NCBI RefSeq assembly: GCF_018977255.1 | Contig: NW_024704759.1 | Location: forward strand, 9,734,001 to 9,798,000 | Direction: 5' to 3' | Length of the DNA: 64,000 nucleotides | From: Callorhinchus milii | Taxonomy: Eukaryota | In this document: piece after piece, positions 26,117 through 38,091 of the stretch | How the letters are laid out: each line of letters begins with the position of its first letter | Position numbering within the stretch: position 1 is the stretch's first letter | Translations under genes and position numbers: made by a program | Notes under the pieces: generated by a model | The model's input: only the letters and a program-made list of their open reading frames with translations | Databases searched by the model: none | What the model was told of the DNA's origin: nothing

Positions 26117-26871
26117 TGAATGAAACAATATCTTATCTACACCTTTGGTGTGCCATCAGTAGCAGGGTAAGATATCTCGAGTTGAGCTGCAAACAGCACA
26201 GACTTCCCTATTGATTGTCATCAGCATGTCACCTCTGCAAACTGGTACTGCCATCCACTGCCATCAGTGTGTGCTTTTCATGGGTGCAAATCAAATTGAT
26301 CCCTGGGACAAACTCCATTTGTATGTTTGCAGATTTAAAAACTTGACCTGCATATTTCACTACAGACTTACAAGTATCTCACGATCCATAAGGAATAGGA
26401 TCCGGGATGGTAAAGCGTAAAGTCAAAGAATCGTCTGGATTTCCCGCATTGCTGATAATAGTTTCCATATGCCACCTGTGCTGCTAACTCGGTGGCAATG
26501 GTTGTGCGGCAGAATGAGGCAGATTAATAAAAAAAATTGTCACAAATGTGACAGCAGACATAAACCAAGGTCACGCCATGTGATCAACATTACTTCTGAG
26601 TTAAAAATAACCGATGGAAAATTAAGCCGCTGCATTGCACTGACACACTTCATATGTGGTATCAATTGTGGTCATGACTGAATCAGTAATTATAGATTAA
26701 AATGCAGGGTCTCAACTACACAAAAAGTAATGTAAGTGACTCCCCTGCCCCCCCTTCACCTCCCCTTTCACTTCTCTAATACAAGCGAGCAAGCAATGGT
26801 ATCACTTTGAGACAAACCCTCAGATTTTCCAAGGCTTCTATCTTGCCAAAATTCTGTCATATCCAAGATCG
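26117..26871 (-). repeat. Right arm of the inverted duplication, ending exactly at an N gap
   Basis: Matches the reverse complement of 23540-24296 and stops at the first N (26872). Confidence 0.95.
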
Positions 26872-26896
26872 NNNNNNNNNNNNNNNNNNNNNNNNN
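26872..26896. other. Assembly gap (25 N)
   Basis: Run of N. Confidence 1.
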
Positions 26897-26989
26897 TGTT
26901 AACATTCAATAAATAGTTCTTTGAGGCATTCGCCATTGCAAACAATGGGTAGGATGCAAGATAGTCATGCACTGCAAGAACAACAAATG

Positions 26990-27688
26990 TTGTTGGGGGG
27001 GGGGGGGGGGGGGTGTAGGAGCTCCTACCAGCCAAGCCCAAACTGGTGTGCAAGTAACCCTGGTGAATTTCATTTTACAAGCAAATGATAAAAGTGTTGA
27101 CGATTCTGGCCATCCTCACTTCTTGCACTCAACTGCAATTAACTGCTACACTAATGGGCACCAGCTGCAATACATTACAGATATAAATACCCCCCTTGCT
27201 GTAGGAGAGAGGGAGGCAACACAAAAATCTTCAGCTGATAAAGGAGGAGGGGGAATCAACTAAGATGCAACCTGATCCTGTGGGGATTTGGAAGGGGATG
27301 GGCAATGGGGTGGAGGAGGGGAAGAGAGAGAAGCTGTCTGTGAACACTTCACCACCAGAGTGGTGCCATTCAGATAATTAATGTTAAACGTGGGCAAAAG
27401 GGTTTAATGCTCAAGATATCTAGTAATACAAGTACTACCACGTGCTTCATATTAGACCCCCCCCCCACACACACACACACACACTCCCATCCCCTCCCCA
27501 TCAATCATTCATGAATTGTGATGCAACCCATTCTTTTTCCCCCAAAAAAGATAAATCTGCAGTTACGATTTCTGTAAATGCTAATGCAAAACACGTTTGA
27601 TCAATATTAAATCATCGGTGATGAATTGCACGATGACCTCGTTAGTTTTGGTGCTGAAAGAGGTCCAAAACAATTGAGATTGCTTTAA

Positions 27689-27723
<35 letters not shown>

Positions 27724-28060
27724 TCTATATTAAAAAAAAGCTGTTGGTGAGGGAATCACTAAATAGCTGTTCACTGCAGTTTGATCTGCTTCCAATATCG
27801 ATTGTATAAGAGGGAGGGAGGGAATTATTATTATTATTATTATTTATTGGTGGTGGTGGAGGGGGGGAATTAAACTTCCCAATACTGCACTGCAATTTGC
27901 TGATCACACAGACTTTTTTTTCTCCTCTTTTCTTTCTCTCTCTCTCTCTCTCGCATTCTCTCTCAGATGAATCGAACGGATAAGAGGGAACTGCTTTTTT
28001 TTCCCCCCTTTTGGCAACTGCAAGTTGGAGGAGAAGAAATTTCGATATGTGTTTTTAAAA

Positions 28061-28096
<36 letters not shown>

Positions 28097-29249
28097 AAAA
28101 AAAGGGGAAGAAAAAGAGGAGGAAGGGGCTGGTGGGGAAAGGAGAGAAAATATACCTAATATATGTAAAAGACCCAATATATTATACTATATATTATATA
28201 TGTGTGTGTGTGTATATAAAGAACAACTGCGACCATTGAGTGAGTGGCTGTAGGAAGTAGGAAATCAAAGATGGCTGGAGGTCATGGCTTCAGGGGTACA
28301 GGGGATCAGCATCTCGCCCTCTCTCAGCTCCACACACACACACACACACACAATAAGGCAACACACAACAGCACCTTCCAAATAAAAGGAAAGACAACAA
28401 CCACAGAAACCTTTCCTCTCTCTCTCCCCCCCCCCCCACCACCAAAAAAAAAGTGGTCCAAATAAAAACATGAGATGGAAAAACTTTTCTCTCCCTCTCT
28501 CTCTCTCTTCTCTCCCCCCCCCCCCCACCACACACACCCCCACACCCAGGGATGCAAAAGGGGGTCAAGTGTTTTTTTTCGACTTGTTTACCAACAAAAC
28601 AAAACTTGGGACAAAAAAACACACATTTTTATTGCCAAACACACTCACTCCCCCCACACACACATTTTTTGGACACACACACACACACACACATACACAA
28701 GTTGGAACATCAACTAAAGTAGAGAGATACAGGAGAGAGAGAGAGAGATAAAAGAGAGATACAAATACATATATTTTTAAAAAAGATTACCCCCCACCCC
28801 CCAAAGCTTTGCTCCTCTGCGAATGCATCGCGAAAAACAGGTTAAAAAAAAAACCCCCAGAGACCAGAGCTGAAATACACAGTGCGAACACAGCGCAGAG
28901 CGTGTGGCACAGATATATATATATAAAAAAGAGAGAGATAATTCTTTCTTTGTGTGACATGTTGCAAACTATTTATACCGACACTCTCGATCAATAAAAA
29001 AAGGGGGAGAGAGGAGAGGGAGAGAGAGAGAGAGATTTAGGCTCTGAAACGTGCGCTCCTCCAGCTCTCCCCTTTTCCTCTGCTTTTTCAGCCCAAATGT
29101 AACCCCCACAAAACCACCACAAAATCGAAGTTTGGCAGAAAACACCAGAGAGCATCGATCGTGAACACGGGGTATCATTTAGAGCCGGTGATTTGCTTTC
29201 ATTCGAGGTTTTTTTTTAAAAATATATATATATATTTTATATTTATATC

Positions 29250-29280
<31 letters not shown>

Positions 29281-29960
29281 GGCAGTGGTCAATAGCTCAG
29301 GTCTTGCTCTCTCCCCTCTCTTTCTCTGACCACCACAAGGACATTACAAGCGCTTGAGCCTTGGGTCATTTTTCTTCTCTCTTTCTTTCTTTCCTTCCTT
29401 CCTTCCTTCCACCTTCTCCCCACACACACTCTCTCTCTCACTCTCCCCCCCACAACTTTTACCATTCAAACAAAATTGATCCACATCAGTTCCCCCCTCC
29501 CACCCACCCCCTCCCTCCCTTCTCTCTCTCCCCCCCCTTCCTTCTCACTCCTTTTCCTTCAAAAGAAATGTTCATCTTCAAGATAATACCTTCAGAAACA
29601 ATTTCTCTTTTAAAGTAAACCAACGCCATCTCTTTTTGAGATATTGCTCTCCACCCCTCCTGGGTTGTGTGTGTGTGTGTGTCTCTCTCTCTATCTCTAA
29701 CTCTCTCTCTCTCTCTATCTCTTTCTCTGATGGTCAGTTCAAAAGAGGTTACAATCTACAGCAAAGTCTAACACACTCTCTCTCACACTCACACCAGTTT
29801 AATTAAATCACTTTATCGTCTCTCTCTCTCTCTACCCCCCCCCATGCACATGCACCCCACCACCCCACACTCCTCCTCTGGAACTATTAGATCAATCAAA
29901 CCCATAACCCCCACAACCCCCACCCCCCCAAAAAAAACACACACACACACAACTACCCAC
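26990..29960. repeat. Microsatellite/homopolymer-dense stretch (GA, CA, TA, poly-C, poly-G) in SALL4 intron 1
   Basis: Many short tandem repeats, e.g. poly-G near 26995-27014, (TA)n(CA)n 27689-27722, (GA)n 28063-28092. Confidence 0.85.
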
Positions 29961-30029
29961 AACAGCAATGTTATTTAACAAAAAAAAGCAACGTTGGGAA
30001 GGGAGAGAAAGAGTAGAGAGAGACACAAG

Positions 30030-30788
30030 ACTCACTCACACACACTCTCTCACACTCTCTGTGTCTCTCTCTCACACACTCTCTCTCACTCTCACTCACA
30101 GACTCTCTCACACTCTCTGTCTCTCACACTCCCTCTCACACTCTCTGCGTCTCTCTCTCACACTCTCTGTCTCTCTCTCTCTCACTCGCACACACTCTCT
30201 CACACTCTGTGTCTCTCTCTCACTCTCACTCACACACTCTCTCTCCCACTCTCTGTGTCTCTCTCTCACACTCTGTCTCTCTCACACTCCCTCTCACACT
30301 CTCTGCGTCTCTCTCTCTCACACTCTCTGTGTCTCTCTCTCACACTCTCTGTGTCTCACTCTCACTCGCACACACTCTCTCCCACTCTCTGTGTCTCTCT
30401 CTCACACACTCTGTGTCTCTCTCTCCCACTCTCTGCGTCTCTCTCTCACACTCTCTGTCTCTCTCTCACTCACTCGCACACACTCTCTCTCACACTCTCT
30501 GTCTCTCTCTCACTCCCTCACTCACACACACTCTCTCTCCCACTCTCTGTGTCTCTCTCTCACTCTCACTCACACACTCTCTCTCCCACCACTCTCTGTC
30601 TCTCTCTCACTCTCACTCGCACACACTCTCTCTCACACTCTCTGTCTCTCACTCACTCTCACTCGCACACACTCTCTCTCACACTCTCTGTCTCTCACTC
30701 ACTCTCACACTCTCTCTCACACTCTCCGTCTCTCCCTCACTCACACACTCTCCCTCACTCACTCCCTCTCCCCTCTCTCTCTCTCACT
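30030..30788. repeat. Compound (CT)n/(CA)n minisatellite directly behind the exon-1 donor
   Basis: Repeating units such as ctctcacactctctgtgtct over about 750 bp; source of the SLSH/LTL ORFs. Confidence 0.95.
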
Positions 30789-30795
30789 TGCTCAC

Positions 30796-30862
30796 CGTTC
30801 GCCACTTTTAGCTGCTGCTCGGAGTGGATGTGCTGGGGGTTCGGCTGCTTGCGACGCGACAT
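30796..30862 (-). CDS. SALL4: SALL4 coding exon 1 (MSRRKQPNPQHIHSEQQLKVAN+G), antisense to exons 2-4 in this assembly
   Basis: Reverse complement reads gccATG TCG CGT CGC AAG CAG CCG AAC CCC CAG CAC ATC ... AAC G|gtgagc. This is the SALL N-terminal NuRD-recruiting motif (MSRRKQxxPQHI) followed by a phase-1 GT donor that matches the phase-1 acceptor of exon 2. Confidence 0.88.
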
Positions 30863-31320
30863 GGCAGATGCATCAGTAACAAATAAAACCCCCCAAAAAA
30901 AAAAATTTCAAACAAATTCTGGTGGAGTTGCCAAATTACTGCGGGGAGTGGAGTGCGCATGTGTGATGGTAATTATGATTATCAATAATGCATTGCGATT
31001 TATCATCGCCCCCCCCACCCCCCACCCATAGCCCCCACCCCCCCACCCACACCCCCCACCCACAGCCCCCACCCCTGACTGCCCATTGGCCCTCAGCCAA
31101 GATCCTTCCCTCACCGTATTCAAATCAGCTGACATGGGGGGGGGGGGGGGGGGGAGAGGGGGGAAACACCCATCATTACCATCACCATCACCCATCACAT
31201 CCTCCCCTGACCAGGGCAGTGCGGGGAGGGGCGGGGCAGTGCAGGGCGGGGCGGGGCAGTGCGGGGAGGGGCGGGCACTGTAGTCACTGGACACTGCACT
31301 GCACTGCACTGCACTCAGTC
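30863..31320 (-). promoter_or_regulatory. SALL4: SALL4 5'UTR and proximal promoter
   Basis: Directly upstream of exon 1 on the minus strand: AT-rich block (30971-31004), CCAAT box (ATTGG at 31085-31089), tandem GC boxes GGGGCGGGG in a roughly 20-bp triple repeat (31214-31275), and (ACTGC)n at 31293-31315. Confidence 0.7.
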
Positions 31321-31380
31321 CAGTGGCCCCTTTTTTTTAAAAAACACAGCCAAACCACCACTCGTCGCACACACGTTGGG

Positions 31381-31881
31381 NNNNNNNNNNNNNNNNNNNN
31401 NNNNNNNNNNNNNNNNNNNNNNNNNNNNNNNNNNNNNNNNNNNNNNNNNNNNNNNNNNNNNNNNNNNNNNNNNNNNNNNNNNNNNNNNNNNNNNNNNNNN
31501 NNNNNNNNNNNNNCCCCACACACACACACCCAACCAACCAACCCCCCCACACACACACACACCCAACCAACCAACCACACCCCCCTCACACACCCCCTCA
31601 CACACACACACCCAACCCCTCACACACACACCCAACCAACCAACCCACCCCCTCACACACACACACACACACACCCAACCCCTCACACACACNNNNNNNN
31701 NNNNNNNNNNNNNNNNNNNNNNNNNNNNNNNNNNNNNNNNNNNNNNNNNNNNNNNNNNNNNNNNNNNNNNNNNNNNNNNNNNNNNNNNNNNNNNNNNNNN
31801 NNNNNNNNNNNNNNNNNNNNNNNNNNNNNNNNNNNNNNNNNNNNNNNNNNNNNNNNNNNNNNNNNNNNNNNNNNNNNNNNN
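31381..31881. other. Two assembly gaps (31381-31513, 31693-31881) around a CA-rich fragment
   Basis: Runs of N. Confidence 1.
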
Positions 31882-31984
31882 CAACCCCCCACACCCCACA
31901 ACCCCCTCACACACACACACACACCACACACCACACAACCCCCACACACCACACACACACCACAACCCCCTCACACACACACAT
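31514..31984. repeat. C/A-rich minisatellite fragments similar to 24297-24731
   Basis: Units such as cacacacacccaaccaaccaacccccc, interrupted by gaps. Confidence 0.9.
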
Positions 31985-34770
31985 ACTCTCGAAAGGACCG
32001 TTCCTCCATGTTGTAACATTGCTGTCTTGTGCAAGCTGTTTCGCCCGCAAAATCTACACGCAATTCACTTTCTAGCGCATGCCGTAAAGCGCTTTGAGAC
32101 GTCTCGAAAATGCGACAAGGCGCTGTGTCAAATGCAAGGATTATTTTTATCATAGGCTAAAGCGCCTGTACTTCAATGTGTGCTGAGGATCATCGTGTTT
32201 GAAAGAAACGTGTTTACTCACATGCGAGTTACGAAAAAATGGAAATACATCACTTGCTGCACATAGCTGGCCGGATACTCTTTCGTACTGTACAGAACTT
32301 TTGGGGGAGGAGATTACTGTTTCAATGTAAGAACGAGTATCCTTTCAATGCAAATCAAGGAAAAATTGGCATAAGCTTCTTGTTCAGGTGATTTACTACA
32401 CCTTTTGCTGCCTCTCCCCTGGTAAATGCTTGTGGTTTATATTTGATTAATTTTTTTGAAATATGCAAATTTATATCTTGTTTGCAACCGATTGACATTT
32501 ACAATCTTAAGATCAAAACCGCGGTCAAGAAAACTCCCAAAATGTGAGCCAACAAAACTCATCCTTCCGGTGGATTACAAGACTTTTTGAAATGTATTGA
32601 GGGAGGGCAAGATAAATCAAAGCTTGCAGGTTTCAGAAAAAAATTCTAATGCCGATGGTTCATTCCCCTTTTCACAATTACCTGGTGTAGTTTCTTTGTA
32701 AGCGTTCCTTGAATGACACTGTGATCTGGAGGCTTTTAAAGCTGGGTCAGTTACATTGCATTTACAGCAGGAGGTGTTTGGTTTTGGATCGTTGGCAGGT
32801 AGTCATTGTGACGACTACCTGGAGGAAAAAATCCCCCCTTTTTGAACCTGGCTGGATGTTCAACTTCCATTTGCCGTGCTCGCGAATGATCTTCGAGTAT
32901 AGTTACAGTGGCCAATCTAACAAAGATGGTAGCCACAGCTCTCAAAATGGCTGCAATGTGAGAGAGAGCCTGCTTAAGACACACACATGGACTAACTGGG
33001 TGCCAATACATTAAACTTGGAAGATGAGGTTTACGCCACAAGTCGTTGGACAACATACTGCGTCACTAGTGTACTGTCATAGCTGAGGTTCATCTCGGGT
33101 TGGGTTAGGAACCTGCCAACATTTAGACGTGAAAGGGCATCACACAGCCCCCATCCTGGAGATCTTCTGCCAAGTTTACTTTAAAATCCATTTATTCATT
33201 TGGAGGATCGGGGTTTGCAGCACAGATTGAACTGATTATCTCGAGTTTCTTTGAAAGTCTTTATTAGTGCAAATGGGGTGAATATCAACTTCACTGGGGC
33301 CAGTTTGGCTTGCTCAGAACTGCTACATTTTAACATTGCTCTGAAAGTTTTTTTTAAACAACAGCTGATGCCAAAACATCGCTAGTTATGGGCAGGTTCG
33401 CTGTAGATTCTTACCATTATAAGATGCAACATATCCTTGCGACAATGTTAATCTTTCAATTTCAATTGAGTTCAATTGAGTTTTACATCATTGCCCAAGG
33501 GTCTCAACTTGTGAGGTGAATGTAACAGCTGTGGTGTCTTGTTAAACATTTTGCTTTTACCATCTTAGCCGTAGCTTTTTTGGGAAAAAAAATTGCTTAA
33601 ATGCATGACTCAGTTTTACTGTTGGGCATTCCCAGATGTTAGCACGTTCAGATTCTTTTTCATTCTGGAATCATCTCACCCTGTGCTTTGCCCCCAGGGT
33701 GGTGGGGGCTTGGGGTGGTGGGGGGGGGGGCGGGGGGAGGGGAAGGGAAAGTTGGGTCACAAAAGAATTTATCAAAGACTTCTGCTGTGGTACCTGCAGA
33801 TTTGACTTGAACAAATTTGTGACATTTGACTTCAGTACTGGACGTTGGCAGGAAGAAATTCTACTTGGCTCTAGATTTATTCTTAATGACATAGCGTTTC
33901 AACTTGTCCAAAATTTGTCAAACCTTTTAAATACAAATTAGTAAGTTCAAAATTGAGTTATTTGAAGGACTATAGGCTGGGCTTTGAAATGATTACTGAA
34001 TTCAATAAGCTGTCAAACTCTGCACAGTCGGAAATGCTACTGTTAATCCAGACACAGATGGAATTTCAACCCATAAAATTGCTTAAAAATACTCAATACT
34101 GCCGCTGAGTGGTTTAAACAAAAATGAATTGCAAGTTGTGGATTGAGATCTGTCGCTGTTGGTTGAGGATTTTGTGAGTAAACTGAATATGAATATTTTA
34201 TTTGCTAGAGTTACATTTATTCCAAATAGGGTAATTGAAATTATGAAAGAAAAGAACATAAGTAACCTCAAAAGTACTATAGTCACATATAGCACACCTC
34301 AATAATGTGCATTTTATTAGTTATGTACATATGTGATTCTTGCTATTGTCATTTGATCAAATTGCTGGCGCTTACCCCACTCTCTCCAGGCTTTTAATGG
34401 GTCACAAGAAATATTGTGGTTCAATTCAATTTCAGCTCAAGCACTGTGATGGGGAATAATTACGAACATTGCAATGATGGATCTTTAACTAATAAAGCTT
34501 TTCTGGACTTTGAACAGCTTTTACTGAACTTTTTCTCATTTTCCAAATATTTTACTTCCTAAAAATAGTGCTTTGTGAAAAGCACAGTCATTAACAGGAC
34601 TGCATTGTAGATCTGCCAGGCAGCTCCTGATGTGAATTTCACATTGCAACTCGGAAACTAAAGCTTTGAATGAGCATACTCTACTCAGTAGCAGATCTTG
34701 TGGCAATGATTCACTCGTGGAGTTATTCTTCCAGGCACGTGAATCTATCCGTTGGTAATTTAAGGATTAG

Positions 34771-35068
34771 AATAATCCTTGCATTTGATATAGAGGCTTA
34801 TCATGTTAAAATGTTTCATTGAGAAAGTGTAGCGACTATATTTGTAGGAAAATTTGGCAGTGAGTTTCAACACAGAAATGTTGCATAAACAGTATGTAAA
34901 TGACAATTTTTTTTAAATCTGGGGAATGTAAAAAACCAGGTCAACAGGAGAAACTTCCCTCTCTTTCAACTCACACCCTGGGATTTTTGAATATCCACCC
35001 GAACAAGTAGACTGGACCTTGGCATAACGTCTTAACCAAACTCCGACACCTCTGATAATGCAGCTCTG
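34771..35068 (-). mobile_element. Older Deu-domain SINE, degenerate
   Basis: Tail motif plus ccctgggatttttgaatatccacccgaac...acacctctgataatgcag. Confidence 0.65.
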
Positions 35069-37734
35069 TGTTAATAATAATCTTTTGCATTTAATATATT
35101 GAAGCTATTATTTAGCATCAGCCTAACGTTGAAATGCTGCAAGTGGAATAACTGAAGATCTGCATGTGTTAGACTTGATGAGGAGGAATTTTTTCATTGC
35201 TTTTTGATTGCTCTTGATTTATTAAAAAAAATTCTCATTGTTGGTTTACAGACCCTCTGTCACACATTGCTTTGTGCTTACCCATGACTTTATTAACCTC
35301 GACTGTTAGTTTAAGTTGTCTGTGTAGTAAATAGACTTGAGACATTAGTAATAGTAGTAGAGATTCTTCAAAATAGAAAGAATTGAAACTGAAAATGGAA
35401 ATCCATCCTACAAGTTTCGATCACTTCATCAAAACTAGTGACTGACTTGCTCTCATGGGCGTGTGATGAGAGGGTGATGTCTTTTTTTTAAGGGGGATTA
35501 TCAGTAATGACACCACTCCCTCCCCTCCCCCTCATTTGTATTGTGCTTTTTGACCTCTTGTTAATTCTGATTTCCAATGCAGTGCTATTCTTTTTTTAAA
35601 AAAGAAGCAGTTTCTCCAGATTATGCAGGTAATGTGTATAAAGAAGCATTTTGTGGACCCGCCCAACAACACAATGTTATTTGCAATCAATTCCTTTTTC
35701 ACCTGGAGGGCAATTAGCAGCTCTGCAGTGACCAAAGGGGGGATGACAATGATGTTGTTAGGCAGCGAGTCCTATATTACACGTTAGACATTTTTAAACG
35801 TTTCGCCCACAAAATACACAGTCAGTCCACTTTGCGATATATTCTGCGAAATGTCTGGAGATGTCTCAATGACGTGGTAAGGCTCTGTATCAAATGCAAG
35901 GATTATTATTATGGCTGATTTTTTTTTTTTGCTAGTGTCATTCCCGTTTTGGCTGCAGTATGGTTCCATGTGTCCTGTAATATGCCAGTGTGGTGTCAGG
36001 AGCGTGTGTTGGCAGGCACTTCTAATTGTTGGGCATCACAGCTGAGCCTCACCCTTGCCAACCCCAAGTTCCTTTCCAGGAGGCATATCTGGGTAGCGAA
36101 CAGGAGCAGAAACCTCTCGAGCTGCCCCCCCAATCTGTATAACCTAGATAATCTTAAAACAATTGTAACTTTTTCCACTTCCCTCCACTGCTGACCTGGG
36201 TGGGATCAGCTAACTAACTGAGCCTAGAATAGGGTTTCAACCTGTAACCTTGTGCTTGCTCTGTGCAGGCAAGGGCTTATTTAATTACGAAACCATCATG
36301 AATGAAACCCCATTTTTTTTAAAAAGCAAAATAAGGGAATCTCTCTGGAGGTCGGGGATAAAGAGCAACGTATAAGCTATCCTGAGTCTTTGAAAGTCTT
36401 AAGAATTCGAAATGATTGTAAAAGATTCCACAACATGGAACTGTAAACAGATTAAGTGTAAATCTTTTTTTAAAAAACACGTTGACATCTGACGTCAGCT
36501 CCTAGACTTTCTTATGAGAAGTGAAGAACTCGAGAAGATTAGATTGAATAAAAGGTTTCCCTTGTATTACACCCAAATCTACTTTGAAATTCTCTAATGC
36601 TGTGCAAATTAACTTCTGAAGGACGCCTGTACTTTTTTTTAAACCATTTGTCCTATCTCTGAAAAAAAGCAGTGGAGAACAAATATCTAAGAGCATCTGG
36701 GAAATTTTTGATAGATATTTGTAATTTTTAAGAAACCGATCAGTTAAATTTGTTAGCAATCTGGTGTGGTTGGGAATAAAGAACGATTATAAACAGACTG
36801 TATTTCAGTCTTTCACGCTTCTAACTGGTTCAGTGAAACGAAGAGATGCTGGGAAATGTGAAGTGCAAATGTTTTTCTAAAAAGATCCTGGGTTTGTAAA
36901 GTTTCCAATGGCAATAACCAACCCCACGGTTTGCGTTTATCTGTGTCTTGGGACTAAATTTTTGCCTCAAATCCAAACCATGTTGTGTATTAAAACCACA
37001 TTAAGTACATGCCTTGTTCTATATGGTGGTAAAGCTTCAGTGTCTGGTACTATGTTACCAAATAGAGCATCCTAGCAGGGGATGGTAACTAAATTACATT
37101 TCTAATGTAGATTTAGAATGAAATGTTTACATTTCTCCTACCCTGCTCCGCTGAAGAGCTCACTCGGGCTGGTGTATGGTCCGAGGGTGCAAATGGGCCT
37201 GCAGTGTCTCAACTAAAGTAGCCGTGGGCAAGTGCGGACTTGCTCAGGCAATTTGAGCTCAAATCTATTGGCACACCAGCTTGTAAGCAGTATAAACGGG
37301 GTAGTGATCAGTGGTACCTCAGTTGTTTCTCTTTCTTTTTTCCCTCCCGCACTCAGCACTGAGCTGGGGAAGAATTCAGATTTTTTTTCTCTACCACTCT
37401 TGAGGTTAACTAACACACTGACCTGATCGAGATTGAACGGGAAATGTCCTGCTTTGCAGGGCTCAATAATATCACACCATCGGGGCTGGACCGAGGATGG
37501 TATGTGCATGTTGTAAAATTTACTGTGTTCCTCAGTGATTGCCGTCTTTGTAACTGGCAGGAAGTAGCTTCCAAGAGCAGCGAGCGAGCTGACTCATAAG
37601 TATCCAGCATTTCCTGTTCTTAATTTCTTATTTATATCGAATACCCCAGCAGTCTTGTTGAGGATGATTTTTCTTTGTCCCCTAATGTAAGGTTCCTCGG
37701 GTCTGCTTTCCACATCGCAACCTTCCTCGTGAAA

Positions 37735-38091
37735 TCCTGTAGCCCAGTGGTTAGAGCACTCGTCTCGCATGTCAGAGGACCTGGGTTCGTTTCCCGGGCA
37801 GGGAGAAATGTTGAACGTATTTCCTTACCCCAAACTCCTCTGTTTAACTTGCAGTAAGTAGGAACTTGGTTGTTAGTCGATTGACAGATTGCTTTTCTGA
37901 GAGATGGAAATCTCTTCAAAAAAAAATTGGTCGCTCAATCCACGACTGTTTGTGGGACACTGCTGTGCGCAATTGGCTGCCGTGTTTCACCCACAAATAT
38001 ACAGTCGATTCACTTTACAGTATATTCTGTGAATGCTTTGAGATGTCTCGAAGATGTGATAAGGCGCTATATCAAATGCAAGTATTATTAT
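37735..38091 (+). mobile_element. tRNA-Deu SINE, full length, long subfamily
   Basis: Head, core and tail intact. Confidence 0.9.

Noticed and set aside
23993-26420. Identical 69-aa ORF present twice on opposite strands
   Set aside because: A by-product of the inverted duplication; no domain or splice support.
29968-32155. 200-345 aa SLSH/THT-rich ORFs and ORFs containing X
   Set aside because: Microsatellite read-through and ORFs spanning N gaps; not genes.
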